Below, one piece after another: positions 54,879 through 64,000 of a stretch of DNA of 64,000 bases. The stretch lies in the NCBI GenBank assembly GCA_052055015.1, contig JBQJIT010000008.1; one strand, written 5' to 3'. Under the pieces are notes generated by a model. It saw nothing but the letters and a program-made list of their open reading frames with translations, was not told the origin of the DNA and did not search any database. Origin of the DNA: Malassezia furfur. Its lineage: Eukaryota. Positions within the stretch are counted from its first letter, which is position 1, and each line of letters starts with the position of its first letter. Both the position numbers and the translations under genes were made by a program.

Positions 54879-55650
54879 ATGCCGTCCATTTCCAAGCGAC
54901 TACAACATGTCCTGAACGGTGCCCGTAAGGTGAGTAAGGGTGTTTTATCGCTGATACAGATACCTTCATCCACATTACAACAAAAGATCGACGAGCTGGA
55001 TGCTCCCTCGTACGTCGCTGTCAATGTATTAACACAGCAACACGCGCGTACTAGTTGCACGCCCTTCGGAGCTCTCCGTTGTCATGAAAGAGCGGATTTT
55101 TGCCTTACTAGAGCACAACATGCGCCACTTGTACGAAGAGAATTGGTCCTGGGACGACCGCGTAAAGCAACAAGAGCTCGATGACGCTACCTCGCGATTC
55201 TTGATCGCCATACCTGCGTCTGCTGCATCAAACGGTGTCCGCAGGACGACCCGGCGCAATGCCAGTGATCCACCGTTGTTTGGCTTTATTATGTGGCGAT
55301 TTGAAGACTATGACGCATTGCCGGACGACCCCACCACCCCCGACGGGGAAGATACCATGGAGGTCGCTTACTGGTACGTCATCTGCTGACCACCCAGCTA
55401 TGAAATGCAAGTCGACGCCAACCATCGGGGCCAAGGCTTAGGATCCTGGCTTCTGCACGCCCTTGAAGTCCTGGCGTGGCAAACGTCTATGCACAAGGTG
55501 GTGCTAACCGTGTTCAAGAACAATTCGCGTGCGCGACATTTTTATACGAAATGCGGGTACAGTTTCGATGCTACATCACCGTCGGACGACGTCAGCGATC
55601 CCTACCGGGCTGTTATTCTGAGCAAGACTCTTCCGACAAAAGGTCGTTGA
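54879..55650 (+). CDS. NAT4: N-alpha-acetyltransferase 40 (NatD, GNAT fold)
   Basis: IFALLEHNMRHLYE..WSWDD..KQQEL, YC|YEMQV...RGQGLG..L, KVVLTVFKNN..A..FY; introns 54930-54959, 55010-55037, 55374-55397. Confidence 0.85.
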
Positions 55651-55686
55651 CAAAAAGTAGAAAAAAAACATGTCGACGAGACCCTT

Positions 55687-55942
55687 TTACGAGAGCGGGC
55701 TCAGAACCCTGTGGTCAGCTGCACACGTCTGATAAACGTACTTGATGAGGTTAGGGCGGTTCTGGCTCGTAACGAAGCCGACGTAGATCACAAACGGCAC
55801 CCTGCATCAGCGTCGTACGCCACGTACCAGCCATAGTGCACAATGGTCTTGGTGATGTCCACAGCACGGAGAATCCGCTCCTGAGTATTAGTAGTCACAC
55901 GAAAAGGGGCGTACGTACCTTGGTATCTTCCGAGAACGCCAT
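55687..55942 (-). CDS. TOM7: Mitochondrial import receptor subunit Tom7, 4 exons
   Basis: Spliced product MAFSEDTKERILRAVDITKTIVHYGWVPFVIYVGFVTSQNRPNLIKVLSPLS, the Tom7 signature. Confidence 0.92.
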
Positions 55943-56043
55943 CACGGTCTTTCAGACAAGAAGGTCGGGGGGAGACTGGTCTGCTTACCGCAGCGAATTC
56001 CCACGTGGCCAACGAGGGCGGACGTCTTTCTTCATTGTCCAGG

Positions 56044-56988
56044 ATGGCGGATCAGAATACGTTCGCGGCGCCCTCGGCGCTGCATCTGAACTTCCCGCCT
56101 GCGGCGTCTGGCGTGTTTCACTCGCGCTCTATCTCTGGTGTCAAGGTCCACCCTGTATGTTTGCGCTTTTTTTTCGCGGCGAGCTAACAGCAGGTGGCTC
56201 TTTTCTCGATTCTGGACCACTACCTTCGCCGCGATGGCTCGCAGCAGCGCGTGATCGGCACGCTTCTTGGCATTCGCAGCGAGGCTGAGGTGGAAGTGCG
56301 CAATGCATTCGCAGTCCCGCACGGCGAGAGCGAGGACCCGTGGCAGATTCAACTGGATGCCGAGCACCACCGCCGGATGCTCGAGCTGCACCAGCGTGTG
56401 CGGCCCGAAGAGGTGGTGCTGGGCTGGTACAGCACGTCGCCCGAGCTTAACTCGAACAGTGCATTGATCCAGGACCACTACTCGCGCGAGGTTGCGCCGC
56501 ACCAGGCGATTCATCTCACCCTGAATACCAACGTTGCCGACGAGAAGGATGGGTTGTGCGTCAAGGCGTACGTGAGCGCGCTCTTGGACGCGACTGCCAA
56601 GCCGGAGCGCTGCGCGTTCTTGTCGCTGCCGACCTCGCTGCTGAGCACGGGGCCTGAGCAGACCGCGCTGCGGCACTTGGCCAACCCCGAGGGCGGTGAG
56701 GACCAGACGGATCTCGAGGCGCTTGCGGCGTCGCTTGAACATGTTAACACCATGCTCGAGCGCGTTCTGACCTATGTGCGCAAGGTGCTCGCGGGTGAGA
56801 TCGAGGGCGACAAGGCCGTTGGGCGGTTCCTGAGCGACACGATCGGTGTGGTCCCTGCTGGCCTCGACGGTCCTGTGCTCGAGTCGCTGTTCAACTCGCA
56901 CCTACAGGACGTCTTCATGGTGTCGTACCTGTCCAAGGTGATCAGCACCCAGGCCGAGGTGTCTACGCGCCTGGCGCTCTTGACCTGA
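56044..56988 (+). CDS. EIF3F: Translation initiation factor eIF3 subunit F (MPN domain)
   Basis: VKVHP|VALFSILDHYLRR..QRVIGTLLG, VLGWYST, FNSHLQDVFMVSYL; one intron near 56155-56192. Confidence 0.9.
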
Positions 56989-57028
56989 GTCTTTTCACGC
57001 TGTATTAAAAATACGAAGTAGTTTTGGT

Positions 57029-58011
<983 letters not shown>

Positions 58012-58108
58012 GCTCTCGATGGTGAACCACGTTGCGGACGTGCCTCGGCCGAGTGGAGGGCGTGCGTCCATCGGCGCCCGCGCAAGCCGAGAGTTGGTCA
58101 GCACCAAG

Positions 58109-58408
58109 ATGAGCGTGAGCGTGACGCCGGAGAGCACCGCCGGTATGTATTGTGGGAAGCTTATTGTACAGCCAACCAGGAGCGGAAGGCCGAGTCTATT
58201 CGTGACGAGTGGATCAAGGTGATGCAGCTCCGTCTCGTGCGGGACGAGTTGCAGAAGTGCCATCGCGCTGAGGGCGAAAACCACTATTATGTGTGCGCTC
58301 CGATCGTCAAGGTATACAACGACCTGCTCAAGGAAGCCAGGGTATGTTCGACTGAGAGAAGGGGCATACTAACCGCAGGTCAAGGGCTACCGCACTGTGG
58401 ACGTATAG
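58109..58408 (+). CDS. Complex I accessory subunit NDUFB10-like (12 kDa subunit)
   Basis: Spliced product contains IRDEWIKVMQLRLVRDELQKCHRAEGENHYYVC...VKGY, with the Cx11C motif; two short introns. Confidence 0.85.
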
Positions 58409-58637
58409 ACGAGTGTATCGTAGCCGCTTGGATAGACCAACGAGCCGCGTATACCGCATGCAGCAGAGCGCCGCAGGGCAGGGCAGGGCGCATGTATGAT
58501 GTGTAGCAGCGTTCCGCACCGCTTTGGTGGACGTGGATGGCGAGCGCAGTGCATCGGTAGGGGCCGTCGTAGGCGTCGGCGGTAGGCGGAGGAGACGTCG
58601 GGTCGCGCGCGCGGAGGATATCTACTATACTACAGTC

Positions 58638-59082
58638 TTACGGTGCGCGCTTCTGCCCGCCGAGCTCCTGCTGCACCTTTTGTAGCTCGAGTTCCTTTTC
58701 GCGGTATTGTTTTGCGAGGTCCACGAGCACCTTTGTGAGCTGGGCGTGAGTGGGCGACTGGGTGTGCAACGTACCCCTTCGTAGGTCGTCTCGAGTGTCG
58801 GTAACACGTCGCGCACCGTGCGTTCCACGAGCACGCCGCCAATCAGCCGGAAACAGGTGCGGTCCGGCTCCTTTTCTTGGACGCCCGAGAGCGTTTTGAT
58901 GACGAGCCTGGGTCAGTGTGTGTGCCTGCGTACCTGTGCTCGTCTGCATCGCTCTCAATCTCGCCGATCTTTTCCGCAATCGCCTGCAGCTCTGAGCGGC
59001 GCTGCTGCGCGAGCACGGCGAGTTCTGCGCGGTGAGCCAAGGGGCACGTACCCTGCTGCTTCTTGCTAGGCGCGCTGGCCAT
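58638..59082 (-). CDS. GIM4: Prefoldin subunit 2
   Basis: ELQAIAEKIGEIESDADEH|RLVIKTL..DRTCFRLIGGVLVERTV..VLP.L; three short introns. Confidence 0.9.
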
Positions 59083-59204
59083 GCTGGGCAACGTGCAGCG
59101 GCGACGTACGTAATTCCACGATACATATTTCCCAAACAACGCGCGTCGTCAGCGCCCTGATCGGGTGCGAGCGTCGCCGGAACCGTGTCGGTGAAGTATT
59201 GAGG

Positions 59205-62200
59205 ATGGCCGCGCCGCTCACGTCTGTGGCGGGTATCACGGCCCTTTTGCAAGAAAAGGACCCGAAATTGCAGGCATATGCTCTGCGGAAGCTGGACACG
59301 CTCGTGGACGGCTTCTGGGCGGAGCTTGCGGACTCGGTGCCGAGGATCGAGGAGCTGTACGAGGACGAGTCGTTTGCCGACCGTGCGGTGGCCGCGCTCG
59401 TGGCGTCCAAGGTGTACTTCTACCTGGGCGAGTTTGACGACTCGCTGAACTTTGCGCTGGGTGCCGGTGCGCTCTTTGACGTGGACCGCCGCGACGAGTA
59501 TGTGGAAACGGTGGTGTCCAAGGCGATCGACAGCTACATTGCCCAGCGCAGCGCGGCACAGGCCGCGGTGGACCCGCGGCTCGAGTCGATTGTGAACAAT
59601 ATGCTGGAGCGGTGCGTGGCCGCGGGCGAGTACCGGCAGGCGCTCGGTATTGCGCTCGAGACGCGCCGTCTGGACGTGATCGAGAACGTGTTCCGCACGA
59701 CGCACGACGCACAGCTGCTCATCTATGTGCTCGAGGTGGTAATGGGTGTGGCGCACGACCACGAGGTGCGCCGGAGTGTGCTGTCGCTGCTTGTGCAGCT
59801 GTTCCAGTCGCTGGAGCAACCCGACTACTTCTCGATGGCGCAGTGCTACGTGTATCTGAACGCGCCGGCGCCCGCGGCCGAGCTGCTGCAGACGCTTGTG
59901 CAGCGTGCCGAGGCGGGCGCGGCCGCGCAGGCGAACACGCCGCAGGACCCGCTGCTGATTGCGTACCAGATTGCGTTCGATCTGGTGGAGAGCGCCACGC
60001 AGGAGTTCCGCAAGAGCGTGCAGCAGGAGCTGCAGCACAAGCTCGGCATCGCGGCGGAGGCGAGCGGCGAGGGCGCCGCGTCGCCCGGTGCGCAGATTCA
60101 CCTGATCCTGGGCGGCACCGAGTCGATCAAGCTGTACCGCGCGTTTTTGCAGTACGCCAACCACGCGGACCTCGCGATTCTGCAGGCGTCCAAGAACGCG
60201 CTCGACGCGCACTACAGTGCGTACCACTCGGCGGTGAGTCTGTCGAACGCGTTCATGAACGCGGGCACGTCGAGCGACGAGTTCCTCCGCGAGAACCTCG
60301 ACTGGCTCGCGAAGGCGTCCAACTGGAGCAAGTTTACGGCGACCGCCGCGCTCGGTGTGCTGCACAAGGGCAACCTGCAGGAGGGCATGAACATCCTGCG
60401 CCCCTACCTGCCGTCGGACGCGCCGTCGAGCAGCGTGTACTCTGAGGGCGGCAGCCTGTTTGCGCTCGGCCTGATCCACGCGAACCACGGCGCGGGGATC
60501 CTCGACACGCTGATGCATGCGCTGCGCACGCACACCGCCGAGGTCGTGCAGCACGGCGCGGCGCTCGGCCTCGGCGCGGCGGGCATGGCCACCGAGAACG
60601 AGGCGGCGTACGAGGAGCTGCGCAACGTGCTCTTCTCCGACTCGGCCGTCGCCGGCGAGGCCGCCGGCTACGCGATGGGCCTCGTGTACCTCGGCACCGG
60701 CGCGCCGCACGCCGTCGACGAGATGCTGCAGTACGCGCAAGAGACGCAGCACGAAAAGATCATCCGCGGCCTCGCGATGGGCCTCGCGCTGCTGCAGTAC
60801 GGCCGCGAGGCGCAGGCGGACGCGACGATCGAGGTGCTCATCACGCACAAGGACGCAACGATGCGCTACGGCGGTGTCTACACGCTCGCGCTCGCGTACG
60901 CCGGCACGGGCAGCAACGCGGCGATCAGCCGCCTGCTGCACCTCGCCGTGTCCGACGGGAGCGACGACGTGCGCCGCGCCGCGGTCACCGCGCTCGGCTT
61001 CCTGCTGTTCCGCACGCCGCACAACCTGCCCGCGATGGTGCAGCTCCTCAGCGAGAGCTACAACCCGCACGTGCGCTACGGCGCGGCGATGGCGCTCGGC
61101 ATCGCGTGCGCCGGCACGGGCCTCGACGCGGCGCTCGACCTGCTCGAGCCGATGACCAAGGACCCGGTCGACTTCGTGCGCCAGGGCGCGTGCATGGCGC
61201 TCGCCATGGTGCTCGTGCAGCAGAACGACACGCTCAACCCGCGCGTGTCGCACGTGCGCAAGACGCTCGAGCGCATGCTCACCGAGAAGCACGAGGAGGC
61301 GATGGCCAAGTTTGGCGCGACGCTCGCGCAGGGCCTGCTCGACGCGGGCGGGCGCAACGTCACCATCAGCCTGCAGGGCCGCGGGGGCAGCATCAACACG
61401 CCCGCGATCGTCGGCATGGCGCTCTTTGCGCAGTACTGGTACTGGTTCCCCATGGCGCACTTTGCCGCGCTCGCGTTCACGCCGACGGCGATCATCGGCC
61501 TCGCACGCACGCTCGAGCTGCCCGACGTGGAGCTCGTGAGCCGCGCGCGCCCGAGCCTGTTTGCCTACCCGCCGCCGCTCGAGGCGCCCAGCGAGCAGAA
61601 GCGCGAGAAGGTCGAGACCGCCGTGCTCTCGACCACGGCCAAGTCGCAGGCGCGGCAGCGCACCAAGGAGCGCAAAAAGGCCGCGCAGGAGGGCGGCGAG
61701 GCCATGGACCAGGACGAGGCCAAGGACAAGCCCGCGGCCGACGACGCGCCAGACGCCAAGAAGGACGACAAGCCCACCAAGCGCCCCGAGCCCGCACAGG
61801 AGCGCATCAAGAACTGCTCGCGCGTCACGCCGTACCAGCTCAAGTACGTCGCCTTCCCCTCCTCGTCGCGCTTCCAGCCCATCCGCCCGATCCTCGGCAG
61901 CCGCGCCGAGGTGTGGCACAACACCGCGGGCGTCGGCGCTTTGCCGATGCTCACGCCGCCCCCGCCGCGCGACGACGCCGACAAGCCGGCGCCGGCTGCC
62001 AACGGCACCGCACGTGGACCGGAGCCGGCCCAGGCGCGGCAGTTGCACCACTCGGTCACAGGCGGCGGCGGTGGCATCCTGATGCTCCTCGACCGTGAGC
62101 CGTCCAAGCCGTTTGCCAAGGTCACCATGCACGGCAACGACGAGTCAAGCACCACGCAGGAGCAGCAAGAGACCGCAGACGCCCTCAAGTCTGCGCCGGA

Positions 62201-62297
62201 TACCGACGAAAAGGCACCGACGGGCGTGCCGGGCGCCGAGCGCGCCGAGGGCCAGACGGACGACGTCGAGATGCCCGAGGCGCCGGAAGCGAGGTAG
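59205..62297 (+). CDS. RPN2: 26S proteasome regulatory subunit Rpn2 (PSMD1)
   Basis: LVASKVYFYLGE, NWSKFTATAALG, PC repeats (SDDVRRAAV, SYNPHVRYG), QYWYWFP, AVLSTTAK. Confidence 0.96.
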   Translation: MAAPLTSVAGITALLQEKDPKLQAYALRKLDTLVDGFWAELADSVPRIEELYEDESFADRAVAALVASKVYFYLGEFDDSLNFALGAGALFDVDRRDEYVETVVSKAIDSYIAQRSAAQAAVDPRLESIVNNMLERCVAAGEYRQALGIALETRRLDVIENVFRTTHDAQLLIYVLEVVMGVAHDHEVRRSVLSLLVQLFQSLEQPDYFSMAQCYVYLNAPAPAAELLQTLVQRAEAGAAAQANTPQDPLLIAYQIAFDLVESATQEFRKSVQQELQHKLGIAAEASGEGAASPGAQIHLILGGTESIKLYRAFLQYANHADLAILQASKNALDAHYSAYHSAVSLSNAFMNAGTSSDEFLRENLDWLAKASNWSKFTATAALGVLHKGNLQEGMNILRPYLPSDAPSSSVYSEGGSLFALGLIHANHGAGILDTLMHALRTHTAEVVQHGAALGLGAAGMATENEAAYEELRNVLFSDSAVAGEAAGYAMGLVYLGTGAPHAVDEMLQYAQETQHEKIIRGLAMGLALLQYGREAQADATIEVLITHKDATMRYGGVYTLALAYAGTGSNAAISRLLHLAVSDGSDDVRRAAVTALGFLLFRTPHNLPAMVQLLSESYNPHVRYGAAMALGIACAGTGLDAALDLLEPMTKDPVDFVRQGACMALAMVLVQQNDTLNPRVSHVRKTLERMLTEKHEEAMAKFGATLAQGLLDAGGRNVTISLQGRGGSINTPAIVGMALFAQYWYWFPMAHFAALAFTPTAIIGLARTLELPDVELVSRARPSLFAYPPPLEAPSEQKREKVETAVLSTTAKSQARQRTKERKKAAQEGGEAMDQDEAKDKPAADDAPDAKKDDKPTKRPEPAQERIKNCSRVTPYQLKYVAFPSSSRFQPIRPILGSRAEVWHNTAGVGALPMLTPPPPRDDADKPAPAANGTARGPEPAQARQLHHSVTGGGGGILMLLDREPSKPFAKVTMHGNDESSTTQEQQETADALKSAPDTDEKAPTGVPGAERAEGQTDDVEMPEAPEAR

Positions 62298-62441
62298 ACA
62301 CCATAGCTACCCAGATGGACCCAGCGCGCGAACCACCGGGCGGCTCGGGCCGCCGCCGCCGGCGCGCCACCGGCGCCGCCCGTAGCGCCGTGTCGCCAGC
62401 CACTTCCGCACAAGTCGCGCGTGCCTCCTTCTCCCTACGTC

Positions 62442-63638
62442 CTACTCCGTCTTTTTCGCGGCGTCCATCGCGTCCAGAATCCCCGCAAGGCGTTCCACGG
62501 CGTCGTCGCGGATCTGGTAGTGGAACACCAGGCGGGGGCACCGGACTGCCATGGGCGGGTCAAGCGCTTCGGCACGCCGCGCAATCTCGTCAGGGTCGTA
62601 CCCTGCCGCCGCCGCATCAAACCACACCATGTTGGTCTCGCACGGGACCGTCAGGGGGATGCCACGCCCGGCGAGCATGCGCGCACACCGCCGCGCCAGG
62701 TCGTGCGTCCGGCGCAGCTGCGGGAACGTGTCATGCACCGCAACGTGTGCCGCCGCTGTTAGCACACCGAGCTGCCGCATACCTGCGCCAAACAGCTTGC
62801 GGAACTTGCGCGCGCGCTCGATCATCGCCCGTGGACCCACAAGGATCGAGCCGATCGGCGCGCCCAGGCCCTTGCTCAGACACAGACTCACCGTGTCGAA
62901 CGGCGCACAGAGCTCCGCGAGCGGCAGCCCCGTCTCAGCCGCCGCGTTCCAGAGACGCGCACCGTCGAGGTGCATCGCCAGCCCATGCTCGCGCGCCCAC
63001 GTACTGATGCGCACAATCTCCTCTTGGGGGAACACGAGGCCACTCAGCGTATTTTCCAGCGAGATGACCCGCGTGAGCGCATAATGCTGGTCCTCCGCGA
63101 TGATTGCATGCTCCTGCACGTCCTCGAGCGTGAGGTGGTGGCCGTTGTGCGGTGCGACCGTCTGCGTCGCTGCGCGCGAGTGGTACGCCATGCCGCCCGT
63201 CTCATACTGGTACACATGCGCGCGCTGGTCACACAGGACACTTGCTGGACCACACGCCTGCAAGATGTGCAGGTGCAGCGCGAGCTGGTTCGATAGCGTG
63301 CCCGAGGGCATAAACAGCGCAGCCTCCTTCCCGGTGAGCTGGGCAATCTGTTCCTGGAACAGCGCGGTAGGAGGGTGCACCTGATGCACCTCGTCCGCAC
63401 ATACCGCCTCGGCCATGGCCTTGCGCATTGCCTCGGTCGGCAGGGTGACTGTGTCGCTGTACAAGTCGTACGCCAGCTTTCCGTAGGCTTCGTCGTTGTC
63501 GGCGGCCGTCGGCGTACGCAGCGGCGGAATCAGCGGTTTCGTCACGTCCGCACCCGCAGGAAGCACCGTTTCACGCACCATGCCACTCACAGCACTCGAC
63601 ACGGTGCGCATGCCTGTTTTGATCGGGTGGTAGACCAT
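62442..63638 (-). CDS. GLY1: Low-specificity L-threonine aldolase
   Basis: DLYSDTVT.PT, GKEAALFMPSGT, ISLENT, HLDGARLWNA, CLSKGLGAPIGS, GMRQ. Start codon uncertain. Confidence 0.9.
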   Translation of the reverse strand: MVYHPIKTGMRTVSSAVSGMVRETVLPAGADVTKPLIPPLRTPTAADNDEAYGKLAYDLYSDTVTLPTEAMRKAMAEAVCADEVHQVHPPTALFQEQIAQLTGKEAALFMPSGTLSNQLALHLHILQACGPASVLCDQRAHVYQYETGGMAYHSRAATQTVAPHNGHHLTLEDVQEHAIIAEDQHYALTRVISLENTLSGLVFPQEEIVRISTWAREHGLAMHLDGARLWNAAAETGLPLAELCAPFDTVSLCLSKGLGAPIGSILVGPRAMIERARKFRKLFGAGMRQLGVLTAAAHVAVHDTFPQLRRTHDLARRCARMLAGRGIPLTVPCETNMVWFDAAAAGYDPDEIARRAEALDPPMAVRCPRLVFHYQIRDDAVERLAGILDAMDAAKKTE

Positions 63639-64000
63639 CGCGGCACGCAGATAAGCTCGACCCCCTCGTTCCCAAATCATGCGCCGTTCGCCCCGCCGGC
63701 CCCGATTGGCAGATTGGTCCAAGCGTCAAGGGCGATCGGGGGGTGCAGGGCGTGATTGGTGCTCTCACTGCGACCATGGCCCAACGCTTGTTCGTCGTCG
63801 GAGGAAACGGATTTGTCGGTACGTGGCGCCCCCTCACACAGGCTCGGCGGTGTGCCGTACGGCACTCGCGCGTGGATGGGAAGTGCAAAGCATCAGGTAC
63901 GTCCTCCCCGAGTCCGCTGACCACCAGCGGCAGCGGCCGTCCGTTCCGCACGCCCAAGGGCCACGCCCCGGCATGGACCGAGTCGGACAAGATGCACTGG

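Noticed and set aside
58638..62132. 1164-aa antisense ORF opposite RPN2 (also 9204-10820, 2439-4553, 34558-35607, 36301-37680 and similar)
   Set aside because: Shadow ORFs caused by very high GC3 codon bias; Arg/Ala-rich with no motifs, and the overlapping real gene is clear.

Overview
Gene-dense, high-GC eukaryotic (fungal) chromosomal segment. The compaction, tiny GT-AG introns, secreted aspartyl protease paralogues and basidiomycete-like proteins suggest a Malassezia-type yeast (inference; species not determinable). I read about 40 protein-coding genes, many split by 21-30 nt introns and therefore fragmented in the ORF track. They include two ABCC transporter paralogues, PAC2/PSMG2, MSH1, RPS29, a branched-chain aminotransferase, JIP5, DBP3, fimbrin, an SPX phosphate transporter, an MTM1-like carrier, DEG1, a SET methyltransferase, IDI1, eIF3k, PHA2, two aspartyl proteases, a class II DAHP synthase, COG3, PCF11, RPL9, RPL37, RPL30, a G1 cyclin, MBF1, a CaMKK, NAT4, TOM7, eIF3f, TRM8, NDUFB10, prefoldin 2, RPN2 and GLY1. 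RNA genes: an intron-containing tRNA-Lys(CTT) and two candidate intronic box C/D snoRNAs. No mobile elements or CRISPR arrays seen. Most notable: obligatory 21-23 nt spliceosomal introns, a SET gene whose four introns are all in-frame (one with a GG acceptor), a SNORD44-like snoRNA in an eIF3k intron, a recurrent CACGTG motif in tiny bidirectional promoters, a likely pseudo-hydrolase, and a protease paralogue with a Gly-Ser insert.
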